This document shows, in pieces, positions 36,524 to 46,759 of a stretch of 64,000 bases of DNA. Origin of the DNA: an uncultured Clostridia bacterium. Its GTDB lineage: Bacteria; Bacillota; Clostridia; Oscillospirales; CAG-272. The stretch lies in the NCBI GenBank assembly GCA_947588825.1, contig CANPZU010000008.1, forward strand, positions 1,031 through 65,030. The letters run 5' to 3'. Numbering within the stretch: position 1 is the stretch's first letter; each line of letters begins with the position of its first letter. The translations under genes were made by a program, and so were the position numbers. Below the pieces are notes generated by a model, which was not told the DNA's origin, ran no database searches, and saw nothing but the letters and a program-made list of their open reading frames with translations.

Positions 36524-37267
36524 TTATAAGCCGTCCGGAGTGTATGGCTGCCAAAGCTCATACGGATTCATATGCGGAAAATATCCGACCGTTTTTTTCT
36601 GACTTTTATAAATGGTAAGCAGTTCTTCTTTGCGTTTTAAGGCATTGCTGTCAACGGGTGTAAGGTTGCTTGGAAGTTCTGAGGATTTGTAGTACTTTCC
36701 AAAATACCACAGCAAATTTTCCATGGATAGTTCTTTGCAGGACTTAGTTACTAAAGCGCTTGTCATCTTGTGGTGAACATGCCCGTATTCGCCCTCGCTG
36801 TTATGAGTGACAATAAGCTTCCAGTCGTTGGATGAAAGAATCAGAGAAAGATCTTTTGCAATCGAATTTTTTAAATACTTCCATTCCGAGCGCTTACCGG
36901 CGACCTTGTCGGGATAAGAGAGGATTAAGCCGCAAAAGGCTGCCGCTTCCTTTACCTTTTCAAATTCTGCCCTTCGGGTCGGATTGTCGCCGTTTGTGAG
37001 GCAAAGAACGAAATAACCCCCTTCTTGCAGGTGAGCGCCTCCCCACAGCAGCTCGTCGTCGGGGTGCGCCACGATCATCAGCTTGTCGCACTTGTCTATG
37101 CCGGCATCACTCAATTTCTTTTGGTCAAGCTCGCCCGAAAGCGCGTGCGAAATATATTTTCCGTAAGTTGTGAAAATCGCGGCAAAAGCGACGGCGAGGA
37201 CCGCAAGAAGCAGCAACAGCGCCGAGAGAATGATTGCTTTTTTGTGCTTTTTTAAATAGGCTTTCAT
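36524..37267 (-). CDS. PIG-L/LmbE-family deacetylase with N-terminal TM anchor
   Basis: LMIVAHPDDELLWGG motif and a later HxxH-containing GEYGHVHHK. GAAAGGA RBS. The start lies 3 nt after the YfhO stop. Confidence 0.8.
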   Translation of the reverse strand: MKAYLKKHKKAIILSALLLLLAVLAVAFAAIFTTYGKYISHALSGELDQKKLSDAGIDKCDKLMIVAHPDDELLWGGAHLQEGGYFVLCLTNGDNPTRRAEFEKVKEAAAFCGLILSYPDKVAGKRSEWKYLKNSIAKDLSLILSSNDWKLIVTHNSEGEYGHVHHKMTSALVTKSCKELSMENLLWYFGKYYKSSELPSNLTPVDSNALKRKEELLTIYKSQKKTVGYFPHMNPYELWQPYTPDGL

Positions 37268-37270
37268 TAT

Positions 37271-39850
37271 TTATCCTTTCACCTTTGTTTTTACATCTGC
37301 GCGTTTTGCAAGACGGAGAAAGCTTTTTAAAGGCGTGCGATGGTCCCATATGAATATCGTCGCAAGAAGGAGCGCTCCGACGCACGATAAAACGATTCCC
37401 GCCGTCCTGTAAGGAGGCGTGTAACGCAAAGACACATTATGCTGACCCGCCTCGAGCTTACAGCCGATAAAGGCGCAGTCGACGATCTTGATCGGAGTGG
37501 GCTTACCGTCGACTGTAAGTGTGAATCCTTTGTCGTACGGTATTGTGAAAAGAAAGATACCGTCCTCGTTAAGCGTTATGTCGGCATTTAGGGTGTCGTC
37601 GCCGTTATAGGAGAGCTTGTTTGCCATGATCATGTTGGAAGAACATCCTTCATATCTTTCAGGCGACATGCCAAAGACCTCGATAAGCGGGATGTGATAT
37701 CTTCCGGCAGACAGATCAAATTGAAGCTTTCCCGTTCCGGCAGTGTCAGATATTATGAACCACATGTCGCTATTGTCGTTGGGAAAGACGTTCTGCTTGC
37801 CGCTGAGTACGTTTTTCACTCCGTTGACTGTGACGACGATCCCTTTTTTGTGCGTTCTGTCTATCTTAACATGTACTGCGTATATGGCGCGCTCCCCTTT
37901 CCCGGTATCAAGAGTGAAAGAGCTTTTTTGGTCCGGGTCGGCGCGCCATCCCTTCTCGTCCTTTGGAAGTGAAATCATATTTTCACAGTCGATTTTTGTA
38001 AATGGAGAAGAGTAATGCCCGTTTGCATCGTTATCCTCGGTCACGGCGTACTCAAGAAGGGCAAACTGCCTGTCCGCAGGGGAAAGGTTCTCAAACTCGC
38101 GCTTTGTGATCGAGCGCTTTGCGGCAAATCCGAGCGTATATGCGTCCTCGCTGTGATATAAGGTCCATTTATCTTGGGAGGACACCGCCTCGTAAGAGTA
38201 AATGTCACTGCTTTTTGTTCCTATAATCCACTCCTGTCCCATTAAGGTGGAAAAGAAAGGGTCGTTTGTATCGGGTACGGTAATTTTATTGTAACAGGCG
38301 GTCGTAAGAGAAAGGTAATTGTGACAAAGATGAAGATAAGAAAGATTAGATGAGGAGGAGTAAATTGAAAGTCGCATAAGGTTGTTTTTATATGTTTGGT
38401 TACAGGCGTACCACGCTGTAATATCGCCAACTCGCGTCGGGGAAGAGTCGGCGGCCTTTGTAAGCATTTCCGCTTTTGCGGGGGACGTCAGATCCTCATA
38501 CTGAGCGCGCGAGAGATATTCACCGTAACTTGGTGAGTTGACCGCGCAGAATACGGCGAGCGCCGCGCAGGCCGAGTAAATGCAAATAGGAGCCGGACTT
38601 TTTGTTTTCTTTGACGCGATATACATGAGTGTGATTATGACCGTCTCAAAAAGCACAGGGGCTAAAAACTTGGTCTGAAAAAGGGATGCAACGACAAGCA
38701 GGATCATAAACAGCGCCCACGCGATGATAGGAATATTTATTTTTTTAATTTGGTCCAAAAAAATATTAATTGCAAGCAGAAACAGGGGAAGAAGACAAAT
38801 GAAGGCCTTTCCTTTCGTATAAAGAAAGGCGTTCATGACAAAAGAGCCTATAGGCAGTATGGTAAGTAATATCACAGTTACGGCAAGAAAGGTTGTGTGC
38901 GGCCTTTTCAAAAAAAGCAGTGCAAAAAGCGCAAATATGACAATAAGGCCGAGCCCCGCCCCGTAATTTCCATACAGCAGTTTCGAGAAGGATATTTGTG
39001 GAATAAAAAGCTTTATAAAGGATACGGAAGGAGCGTATGCGTTAATCTCACGTCCGTTTATTATCGCCATAAACGAAGGAAGAATGAGCACGCAGGTCAA
39101 AAGGCAGGAGGCGACGCCCGAGAGCGCAAAGCCGGCAACAGAACGCAAAAAATGCCTGCCCCGTCCTCGGTAGAGCTTCAAATAGCGATAAAACCAATAT
39201 ACACTGACGGTTATGACGAATGCGAAAGAAAAGAAAAAGCTGCTCATCAGTGTAAGCGCAAAGGATATTATAAACAGCGACCGCTTTCGCTTTAGCAGCA
39301 TTCGGTCTATCCCCATAAGCGCAAGGATAAGAAACGGAAAATAGTTCACAAACATGATTTGTTTGTGAAAGTGGAAGAGTAATGGGCCGGAAAAGGCAAA
39401 CAGTACGGCGGAAAAATAGGACAGCGCCCGGCTGAAATGATTTTGCCGCATCCAAAGGTATAAAAGTAAAACGGAAATGAAGAAGAGTGCCAGCGAGGAA
39501 ATTATGATATAATCGTACATGTTCAAACCGGGGAAAAAATAGGAAGGAAGAATAACGGGATTCAACATTCCGTGGTATGCGAGCATGTACGGATCGATAC
39601 CCGCGCCGAGCTCGAGCGCAAATGATGGAAAGAGCGATCCCGTTTCATAGAATTTTTGTCTGAAGAAATCGGGAAGCACTCCGTGCTGGCTGTTCCAATC
39701 TATATATGAACCAAAGACATATTCCTGTCCCAAAAAAAGAAAAATGAGAGCAATAACGCCGCTATAAAGCAAAATAAACAACAGAGGCGTTTTGATTTTA
39801 TCGGGGATACGGGCAGCCCTGGAGTAAAGATTCTTAATGTAACGGCGCAT
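37271..39850 (-). CDS. YfhO-family polytopic membrane protein (putative glycosyl-transfer/cell-envelope glycosylation)
   Basis: 859 aa. More than 12 TM helices, then a large C-terminal extracytoplasmic domain and a final TM. The N-terminal GSYIDWNSQHGVLPDFFRQKFYETGSLFP resembles YfhO proteins. Confidence 0.7.
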   Translation of the reverse strand: MRRYIKNLYSRAARIPDKIKTPLLFILLYSGVIALIFLFLGQEYVFGSYIDWNSQHGVLPDFFRQKFYETGSLFPSFALELGAGIDPYMLAYHGMLNPVILPSYFFPGLNMYDYIIISSLALFFISVLLLYLWMRQNHFSRALSYFSAVLFAFSGPLLFHFHKQIMFVNYFPFLILALMGIDRMLLKRKRSLFIISFALTLMSSFFFSFAFVITVSVYWFYRYLKLYRGRGRHFLRSVAGFALSGVASCLLTCVLILPSFMAIINGREINAYAPSVSFIKLFIPQISFSKLLYGNYGAGLGLIVIFALFALLFLKRPHTTFLAVTVILLTILPIGSFVMNAFLYTKGKAFICLLPLFLLAINIFLDQIKKINIPIIAWALFMILLVVASLFQTKFLAPVLFETVIITLMYIASKKTKSPAPICIYSACAALAVFCAVNSPSYGEYLSRAQYEDLTSPAKAEMLTKAADSSPTRVGDITAWYACNQTYKNNLMRLSIYSSSSNLSYLHLCHNYLSLTTACYNKITVPDTNDPFFSTLMGQEWIIGTKSSDIYSYEAVSSQDKWTLYHSEDAYTLGFAAKRSITKREFENLSPADRQFALLEYAVTEDNDANGHYSSPFTKIDCENMISLPKDEKGWRADPDQKSSFTLDTGKGERAIYAVHVKIDRTHKKGIVVTVNGVKNVLSGKQNVFPNDNSDMWFIISDTAGTGKLQFDLSAGRYHIPLIEVFGMSPERYEGCSSNMIMANKLSYNGDDTLNADITLNEDGIFLFTIPYDKGFTLTVDGKPTPIKIVDCAFIGCKLEAGQHNVSLRYTPPYRTAGIVLSCVGALLLATIFIWDHRTPLKSFLRLAKRADVKTKVKG

Positions 39851-39970
39851 TTGCAGTGCCCTTTCTTTTATCGGATTTTTAATTTAGGCTTTCAATATTA
39901 TAGCAGCTTTTTTGCAAACCGCAATATATATTTATTGTTAACAATTTGAAAACAGTTATAAAGAAAGGCT

Positions 39971-39992
39971 GCCTCGGAGAAAAATCCGAGGC
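39971..39992. terminator. hairpin downstream of pheT
   Basis: GCCTCGGA / TCCGAGGC 8-bp stem with loop GAAAAA. Flanks are only modestly T-rich. Confidence 0.55.
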
Positions 39993-40014
39993 AACTTAAA
40001 CATTGCCGTTTACC

Positions 40015-42414
40015 TTATTTTCTTATTCCTATGTTGAGCTGTTTTTGAAGACTTGCAAGGATTTTGTCGACGCAGGCATTAACCTCGTCGTCAGTGAGAG
40101 TTCGGTCGGCGGCTCTGAAGGTTATTCTGAAGGAAACGCTTTTTGTGTTTTGCTCAAGCCTGTCTCCCGTATAAATATCAAAGAGTTCGACACTCTCAAT
40201 GAGCTTTCCCACCGACTTTCTTATAACCTCTTCGATCTCGCCCACCTCAAGCTCACGTTCGCAAATGAAGGAAAGATCGCGCGCGGTCGCCGGAAATTTC
40301 GGAAGAGACTTGTACTGCTTTTTGAAATCGGAAATATCAAAAAGCGTCTCGAATGGAAGATAAGCCATATATACCGGCGCCGATATACCGTATTCCTGCG
40401 CCACGGCGGGATGTATCTGACCGATAGTGCCGATATTTACGCTTCCTCGTGCGATAATGTTCGCGCATCTTCCGGGGTGGAATGTGGGATCGTTCGTGCA
40501 TGCGACGTATCTTGTCTTTTTTATTCCGCAGTCTGAAAATATAGCCTCGACCATACCCTTAAGGGTGTAGAAATCGCCCGCGCCGTAAAAGCCCATCGCG
40601 ATCATGTACGGCTCCTGCGGCAGCTTTTCGGGATCGTCGTCGGGTATATAGACATGTGAGAGTTCATAAACGCACGCTCTTGAAACGTTGTGCGCATTGT
40701 TGTGCTCAAGTACTTCAAGAACATTCGGAATAAGGGATGTGCGCATCACGCTTGTGTCCTCTCCCAACGGGTTTGAGATAATTACATGACGTCTTAATCT
40801 TGAGTCGGGGGAGAGCATTATCATGTCGTCGTTTTTGGGCGATACAAAGGAAAATGTGTTGCACTGCATGAAGCCCATGCCGCAGATAAGAGCGTGAAGC
40901 CTGTTTTTAAAGACCTGCCTTTGAGTCAGCGCTCCCGCCTTGACATTTCCCTTAAATGGCGTCGCCTCTATTTTATTGTAGCCGTAGATCCTGATTATTT
41001 CTTCTGCGATATCGTTCATTTCGGCGACGTCTTCTCTGAAGGAGGGAACTTTTATCAAATCACCCTCGACCTTGAAATCAAGATCCCTTAGTATCTTTGT
41101 CATTTGCTCTTTTGAGAGCTCGACTCCGAGAAATTTGTTTATGCGCTCGCACTCAAGCTCAATCGTCGCGGGTTCCTTTTTGCCCTTGTAGACGTCGATG
41201 CAGCCGCAGACCGTCTCGCCCGCGCCGAGCAGGTTTACAAGCTCGCAAGCGCGGTCAAGCGCCGCCATACAGTTTTCGGGGTCAAGTCCTTTTTCAAATC
41301 TTGAGGAGCTCTCCGTCCTCATTCCCTGAGACTTGGCTGTAAGCCTTACAGACGCGCCGTCAAAGCAGGCGGACTCGAACACGACAACCGTCGTTTCTTC
41401 TTTTATCTCGCTGTTTGCACCGCCCATAACTCCCGCCAGGGCGACTGCCTTCTTTTCGTCGGCTATGACGAGATTTGAGGAGGAGAGAAGATGCTCTTTG
41501 CCGTCAAGAGATATGAATTTTTCACCGTTCTCTGCGCATCTTACGATGATATGCGAGCCGTCAAGCATTGAATAATCAAATGCGTGCATCGGTTGACCGT
41601 ATTCAAGCATTACGTAGTTTGTGATGTCCACTATATTGTTTATCGGTCTGACTCCCGCTGCTCTCAGCCGCATCCTCATCCAAAGGGGAGACGGCTCTAT
41701 CTTTACGTTTTTTATTACTCTTGCGGCGTAGCGCTTGCACAGTCTGCCGTCCTTTACGTCAACTGACAGGTAATCGGATATGTTTTGATCGCTTTCTGTA
41801 ACTTTTGGCACGCTTACTGTCATGGGACGGTCAAAGGTAACCTTTGCCTCTCTTGCAAGTCCGATAACGCTCAGACAGTCCGGGCGGTTGGAGGTAATCT
41901 CAAACTCCACGACCTCGTCCGAAAGCATGAGTACGTCCCGTATATCCTTTCCCAAAGGGGTGTCGCTTGGGATATAACTGTTTAATATGAATATGCCGCT
42001 GTTATCCGAGCCCGGCATGTCGTGTTCTGTGAGTCCAAGTTCGCCGATGGAACAAAGCATTCCGTTTGACTCCACTCCGCGCAGCTTTCCCGCCTTGATC
42101 GTAACCCCGCCGGGGAGGGTAGCCGGCGCCTTTGCAACGGGTACCAAAGCGCCCTCAAATACGTTTTGAGCGCCCGTCACTATCTGACGTTCATTTTCCT
42201 CTCCGTCATCCAGCATGCATATTTGCAGATGGTCGGAGTCAGGATGCTTGGTTATTTTTGTGATCTTGCCGACCACAACGTTTACAATGTCGCTGCCGAG
42301 TGTGGTATATGACTCCACTTTCGAGCCCGTGTAGGTCATTCTGTCGCAGAATTCCTTTATGCTTATGCCCTCGGTATTTACAAAATCGTTTAACCAGTTT
42401 ATAGACAGATTCAT
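40015..42414 (-). CDS. pheT: phenylalanine--tRNA ligase beta subunit
   Basis: MNLSINWLNDFV... N-terminus, tRNA-binding domain (KHPDSDHLQIC), B3/4 and B5 domains, and a C-terminal FDIYTGDRL...SVSFRITFRA anticodon-binding-like domain. Confidence 0.95.
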   Translation of the reverse strand: MNLSINWLNDFVNTEGISIKEFCDRMTYTGSKVESYTTLGSDIVNVVVGKITKITKHPDSDHLQICMLDDGEENERQIVTGAQNVFEGALVPVAKAPATLPGGVTIKAGKLRGVESNGMLCSIGELGLTEHDMPGSDNSGIFILNSYIPSDTPLGKDIRDVLMLSDEVVEFEITSNRPDCLSVIGLAREAKVTFDRPMTVSVPKVTESDQNISDYLSVDVKDGRLCKRYAARVIKNVKIEPSPLWMRMRLRAAGVRPINNIVDITNYVMLEYGQPMHAFDYSMLDGSHIIVRCAENGEKFISLDGKEHLLSSSNLVIADEKKAVALAGVMGGANSEIKEETTVVVFESACFDGASVRLTAKSQGMRTESSSRFEKGLDPENCMAALDRACELVNLLGAGETVCGCIDVYKGKKEPATIELECERINKFLGVELSKEQMTKILRDLDFKVEGDLIKVPSFREDVAEMNDIAEEIIRIYGYNKIEATPFKGNVKAGALTQRQVFKNRLHALICGMGFMQCNTFSFVSPKNDDMIMLSPDSRLRRHVIISNPLGEDTSVMRTSLIPNVLEVLEHNNAHNVSRACVYELSHVYIPDDDPEKLPQEPYMIAMGFYGAGDFYTLKGMVEAIFSDCGIKKTRYVACTNDPTFHPGRCANIIARGSVNIGTIGQIHPAVAQEYGISAPVYMAYLPFETLFDISDFKKQYKSLPKFPATARDLSFICERELEVGEIEEVIRKSVGKLIESVELFDIYTGDRLEQNTKSVSFRITFRAADRTLTDDEVNACVDKILASLQKQLNIGIRK

Positions 42415-42432
42415 TTGTTTTTCCTCCCTTAT

Positions 42433-43452
42433 TTAAAATTGCTCAAGAAAACGGAGGTCGTTTTCATAAAGCAGACGCATATCGTCTATAGCGTATTTTA
42501 TCATTACTATTCGCTCTATTCCCATTCCGAAGGCAAAACCGCTGTATATCTTTGGGTCTATATCGCACCCTCTGAGCACATTGGGATGTACCATGCCCGA
42601 ACCGAGTATTTCGATCCAGCCTTCGTTTTTACAGACGCGGCATCCCTTTCCTCCGCATACGAAACAGGAAACGTCGACCTCGGCGGAAGGCTCGGTAAAG
42701 GGAAAATGATGCGGGCGGAAACGTATTTTCGTATTCTCGCCGAACATCTGCTTTGCAAAGGCGGTAAGCATTCCTTTAAGGTCGCTCATTGTTATGCCCT
42801 TGTCGACCACGAGTCCTTCAAGCTGGTGAAAGACCGGGGAATGAGTGGCGTCCACGGCGTCCGAGCGGTATACTCTTCCGGGAGAAATTATGCGTATGGG
42901 CGGCCTTTGCTTTTCCATGACTCTCACTTGTACGGGAGAAGTCTGAGAACGAAGCAGGATTCGCTCGTTTATATAGAAAGTATCCTGAGTATCGCGCGCG
43001 GGGTGATTTTCGGGAATGTTGAGCTTTTGAAAGTTGTAGGTATCGTACTCCACCTCGGGCCCTTCGGCAATCTCAAAGCCCATGCTTGTGAAAATATCGC
43101 AAAGGGTCTGCTCCACCTGATCGATGGGATGTCTTTTGCCCACTCTTACAGTCGTGCCGGGCGCGGTCACATCGATCTTTTCCGCTCTCAGCTTATTTTC
43201 AAGGGCGGACTTTGCAAGAGCCTCCTTTTTATTTGCCATTTCCTTTTCGATATAAGAGCGAATGTCGTTGGCAAGCTGGCCGATTACGGGGCGTTCTTCG
43301 CTTGAAAGCGCGCCCATACCGCGTAAAACCTGCGTAAGAGTTCCTTTTTTGCCCAGCGTCTCGACTCTGAGCTTTTCAAGCTCGTCCTCGCTTGATACGG
43401 CGGCGAGCCTTTCTGTTACGTCGGTTTTGATTTTGTTAAGCAGATCTCTCAT
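42433..43452 (-). CDS. pheS: phenylalanine--tRNA ligase alpha subunit
   Basis: [48 protein letters not shown] and [11 protein letters not shown] class II motifs. Confidence 0.95.
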   Translation of the reverse strand: MRDLLNKIKTDVTERLAAVSSEDELEKLRVETLGKKGTLTQVLRGMGALSSEERPVIGQLANDIRSYIEKEMANKKEALAKSALENKLRAEKIDVTAPGTTVRVGKRHPIDQVEQTLCDIFTSMGFEIAEGPEVEYDTYNFQKLNIPENHPARDTQDTFYINERILLRSQTSPVQVRVMEKQRPPIRIISPGRVYRSDAVDATHSPVFHQLEGLVVDKGITMSDLKGMLTAFAKQMFGENTKIRFRPHHFPFTEPSAEVDVSCFVCGGKGCRVCKNEGWIEILGSGMVHPNVLRGCDIDPKIYSGFAFGMGIERIVMIKYAIDDMRLLYENDLRFLEQF

Positions 43453-43459
43453 TTGTATA

Positions 43460-43858
43460 ATCCTCCGTGCCGCATTTTTGGCGGCTTTGTTGATTTGTTG
43501 ATTTACTATAAATAATAAATAAAATTTTTAAATTCGAAAAAATAAAGCCGCTCTGTAATAAAACAGGGCGACAAGCATGCTTATTCGCGGTACCACCTGA
43601 GTTCTTTTCCGTTTCGGCAAAAGTTGTGAATCAGAAAACTCCACGGCCCATAACGCGGGTCAGACGGGAAGAGCTACAAAAGCCGCGACGGTTTACGTTA
43701 AAATACGTTAACACAAGATAAAATACGCTGCCTTTCACAGATCCGACTCAACGGGGAAGGGCGCTGCCCGTAACCGCAGGCGCTCTCAGCCTCGGCGCAT
43801 CTGTCTCTGTGGCGGTTTGTCGGCGGGCATTGCCGACCGTTTCAACGTCTTTTCACTT
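43460..43858 (-). promoter_or_regulatory. T-box leader (tRNA-sensing riboswitch) of pheST
   Basis: The minus strand carries the conserved T-box core CTCAGGTGGTACCGCG (complement of 43586-43601). A terminator hairpin GTCGCCCTGT...ACAGAGCGGC plus TTTATTTTTT follows. AGAGA-type stem I elements lie upstream. A UUC triplet lies on the 3' side of stem I, but I could not confirm it as the specifier. Confidence 0.8.
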
Positions 43859-43865
43859 TTGAGTG

Positions 43866-43894
43866 AGTATACCACATCATTAAGCAAAAATCAA
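43866..43894 (-). promoter_or_regulatory. sigma-A type promoter of the pheST T-box leader
   Basis: On the minus strand, TTGATT, 17-nt spacer ending in TGg, TATACT. Confidence 0.6.
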
Positions 43895-44289
43895 GTGAAA
43901 ATCCGAAAATCCTAATATTTTTTTGACACAAAATAAAAAATATGCGTACAGGAAACTATTACATATATAAAAAATAAAGATTCAGGCTGTATGCGGTTTA
44001 TTCTTATTATTTAATTGTTAATTGTTATTTATTATTTGAGTGCCGTGCAAAAGCATTGGTATGGCGGCGCGAGAAGAATTTTTTACTGTTAATGACAGAT
44101 CTGCCACATATTCGTTTTATGTTTTATAATTAAGGCTGTTTATGTTTAAAAAACTCTTTTCATCGGAAAATTCCGCTTGATATGTTGCTCCCCGGTAAAC
44201 GTGATATAGAATAAAAAATAAAAATAATATTTTTAACTGCATTACAATCGCTTTTGGGAGTTGTGCACAAATTTGATTTAATATAATAG

Positions 44290-44318
44290 TTGAAAAAACG
44301 GAAACGTTGTGATATAAT
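44290..44318 (+). promoter_or_regulatory. sigma-A type promoter
   Basis: TTGAAA (44290-44295), 17-nt spacer ending in TGa, TATAAT (44313-44318). Confidence 0.65.
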
Positions 44319-44378
44319 ATAAACAGTAAACGAAACGACGGATAATATCCGAAAACAAAAACAAGAAAAGGAGAAAAA

Positions 44379-45416
44379 ATGAAAACATTTAAAATTTTGA
44401 TCGCCGCTCTGTTGGCGGCCTCGATCGTGTTTGCAATGGCCTCGTGTTCGTCCGACAAAACAAACAGCAAGAACACGACCGTTACCACGGAAAAAAAGGT
44501 GACGACAAGTTCCGCAAGAACCAAAGTGGAGTCGGACTACGACATCAAAGACGTCGATGACCTTACTGTCCCCGTCGGTACTTCCGAGGATGATGTAAAA
44601 TCTCAGCTTCCCGCAAACGTTGACGTGCTTATGAAAGGAACGCCTACGGGCACTTCCGAGACGTTGTTTACCGAATCGTTTGAAAGTATTGATTCCTTCA
44701 GCGAGAACTGGAATATAGTCGGTCCCGAAGGAATTGTAAGTATTGAAAACGGAGCTATGGCGACCACAGTCAAGAGCAACTACTTCAGAACCTACCTTAA
44801 AGATCAACCGTGGATGAACATTGACAGCGACGACTATGCGAACTATGTAGTCAGGGCCGTTGTCCAGGGACACGAGCAAAATCCCTCAAACAACTTCGGA
44901 ATCATATTCCGCACCACAAATGTTCTCGAGAACGGACCCGACGGTTATGACGGCATATATGTCGGAATAGGCGATCCTTCGGGACAGGTTTGCATAGGCT
45001 GCGCGCAGAACAACTGGACTCAGATATTTACATATGATTTCGACTATCTTCCCGAGCAGAGCTACACGATAGAGGTGGTCGTATTCAACGATAAGTACGC
45101 CGTCCTCCTTGATAACGAGCTCATTTATGAAGGCGAGTGCGTGTCAAGCAGCGGAACGCCCTACATAAACGGTACGGTTGGCATCAGAACATACGAGCAG
45201 CTTTTCTCCTGCTCCGAGTTTAGCGTTAGAACGCTCGGCGCCTCCGATTACGAACATTTTGAAGACGGATATACATACTACGAGTCTCATCCCGTAGAAT
45301 GGTCCTGCACCGATTATAATCCGAGCGCAAAGGGCAAATACGGATTTGTAGGTAAGGTCACCGACCTTGAAAATGCTTATATCCTCGCGATCGTTCAGGT
45401 AAAAGAGGACGCATAA
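44379..45416 (+). CDS. secreted lipoprotein, possibly concanavalin/LamG-like (DUF1080-type) fold
   Basis: Lipobox MKTFKILIAALLAASIVFAMASC. The central NFGIIFRTTN...YDGIYVGIGD...YTIEVVVFNDKYAVLLDNELIYEG pattern resembles jelly-roll lectin domains. The function is a guess. Confidence 0.55.
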   Translation: MKTFKILIAALLAASIVFAMASCSSDKTNSKNTTVTTEKKVTTSSARTKVESDYDIKDVDDLTVPVGTSEDDVKSQLPANVDVLMKGTPTGTSETLFTESFESIDSFSENWNIVGPEGIVSIENGAMATTVKSNYFRTYLKDQPWMNIDSDDYANYVVRAVVQGHEQNPSNNFGIIFRTTNVLENGPDGYDGIYVGIGDPSGQVCIGCAQNNWTQIFTYDFDYLPEQSYTIEVVVFNDKYAVLLDNELIYEGECVSSSGTPYINGTVGIRTYEQLFSCSEFSVRTLGASDYEHFEDGYTYYESHPVEWSCTDYNPSAKGKYGFVGKVTDLENAYILAIVQVKEDA

Positions 45417-45457
45417 TAAACGCTTTGATATTTTGATATTTAAAATTTAAAAAAATT

Positions 45458-45492
45458 GCAAACGGGAATGGGGACGCCCCGTTCCCGTTTGC
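45458..45492. terminator. 16-bp stem-loop after the lipoprotein gene
   Basis: GCAAACGGGAATGGGG / CCCCGTTCCCGTTTGC. The T-tract is poor on the plus strand. Confidence 0.55.
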
Positions 45493-45535
45493 TGTAGTTG
45501 TATTGTCGTATATGTCGTATATTAGGAGAAACATA

Positions 45536-46444
45536 ATGAAAAAATGTCCCAAATGTCAGGCGGATGTGTTTGACGAGGCGGATACCTGTCCGTACTGCGG
45601 AGAAAAGTTGAGATATTTCGGCAGCTATTCTTCAAATGAACTTTCGGGTAATGACGCGAGTATACCGGTTTTTGAAACCGTTAAAAAATTTTTCACCTCT
45701 CCGGTCGCCCTTGTCGCTGTCATAACTTATACTTTATACATTATTTTAAATATTATCGCCCTTGTTGTCGGTGAAAACTCTTCGACCATTCAGGACATGA
45801 TGTCCGAAGTCGGGACGTCTCAGAATGCCGATTACTCTGCCCTTGACGGCGCGCTCGGTATCTTCAGCGCCGCCGCCCTTATTCCCGTCGTTTTTATGGC
45901 GATAGGTATGTGGATGACATACATGTCCGCCAAAAACAGCCTTCAGGGAGAAAGTGTAAGTAAAAACGGATTTACGATGATAAAAGCCGGCCTCATTATA
46001 AACTTTGTTCAGGCCTGCGTCGCTTTTGCGTTTGTTGAGCTTATATTCGCGCTCGTTGCGGCAATGGCTCCCGATATTATCAACATAGCGGAAACCGATG
46101 TTCCGATCGAGGCTGTGCAGATCACGGCTGTGGTTATAGTCGCTGTTATTGCCGCCGGGTTTGTCTTTTATACGGTGTATTTTGCATGCTCGCTTAAAAC
46201 GATCAAAACCATAACGACCACGTTAAGCACCGGTGTCGCCTCGTATAAGGTCTCTGCCTTTGTCGCTGTGATACTGATAATGGAAGGAGTAATCGCTCTG
46301 TTGACTCTTGCCTCCGGCGGCGGTATTTGGACACTTCTTGCGAGTCTTTGTTCTGCCGTGTCGTCCATACTGTTTGGCGCTCTCTTGTTTAGTTACCGAA
46401 GCAAAATGAACGCTTTAGTGATCTCCTCTTATCTCAAGATTTGA
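45536..46444 (+). CDS. zinc-ribbon domain membrane protein
   Basis: MKKCPKCQADVFDEADTCPYCGEKL zinc ribbon at the ATG at 45536 (AGGAG RBS), followed by about 6 hydrophobic helices. Confidence 0.65.
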   Translation: MKKCPKCQADVFDEADTCPYCGEKLRYFGSYSSNELSGNDASIPVFETVKKFFTSPVALVAVITYTLYIILNIIALVVGENSSTIQDMMSEVGTSQNADYSALDGALGIFSAAALIPVVFMAIGMWMTYMSAKNSLQGESVSKNGFTMIKAGLIINFVQACVAFAFVELIFALVAAMAPDIINIAETDVPIEAVQITAVVIVAVIAAGFVFYTVYFACSLKTIKTITTTLSTGVASYKVSAFVAVILIMEGVIALLTLASGGGIWTLLASLCSAVSSILFGALLFSYRSKMNALVISSYLKI

Positions 46445-46445
46445 A

Positions 46446-46556
46446 GCGGCGCCCAAACGGGCGCGGCATGCTTTTCTGTTTTGTCGGATGTGCCTTTTTA
46501 TTAAAAAAATCCCGCTTTGGCGCCTTTCGGTGTGTGAAAGCGGGAATTTTTTTAAA
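46446..46556. terminator. two consecutive terminator hairpins
   Basis: GCGCCC-AAAC-GGGCGC followed by a T-rich tail (46446-46485). AAATCCCGCTTT...AAAGCGGGAATTTTTTT (46507-46556). Confidence 0.7.
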
Positions 46557-46582
46557 TTTTTTATGTAATTTGTCAAAATATA

Positions 46583-46611
46583 TTGACAAAGCTTTGTGCA
46601 ATATGTATAAT
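46583..46611 (+). promoter_or_regulatory. sigma-A type promoter upstream of rsmE
   Basis: TTGACA (46583-46588), 17-nt spacer, TATAAT (46606-46611). Confidence 0.6.
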
Positions 46612-46759
46612 TAAAACACAATGATTTGTAGGTTTTCAACAGTTTGTTTGTGTACTTCGCCCTAATTTTCATTAAATGTGATTTTATGTCTTTGCCGGAC
46701 GCCGATCATACAGGCATTTGTTTGCCCGGGTGATGTGATTATGTAAAAGGAGGAAAGCC

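Noticed and set aside
40003-43305. Plus-strand ORFs (177 aa, 296 aa and several of 60-80 aa) opposite pheT and pheS
   Set aside because: They are antisense to highly conserved aminoacyl-tRNA synthetase genes.
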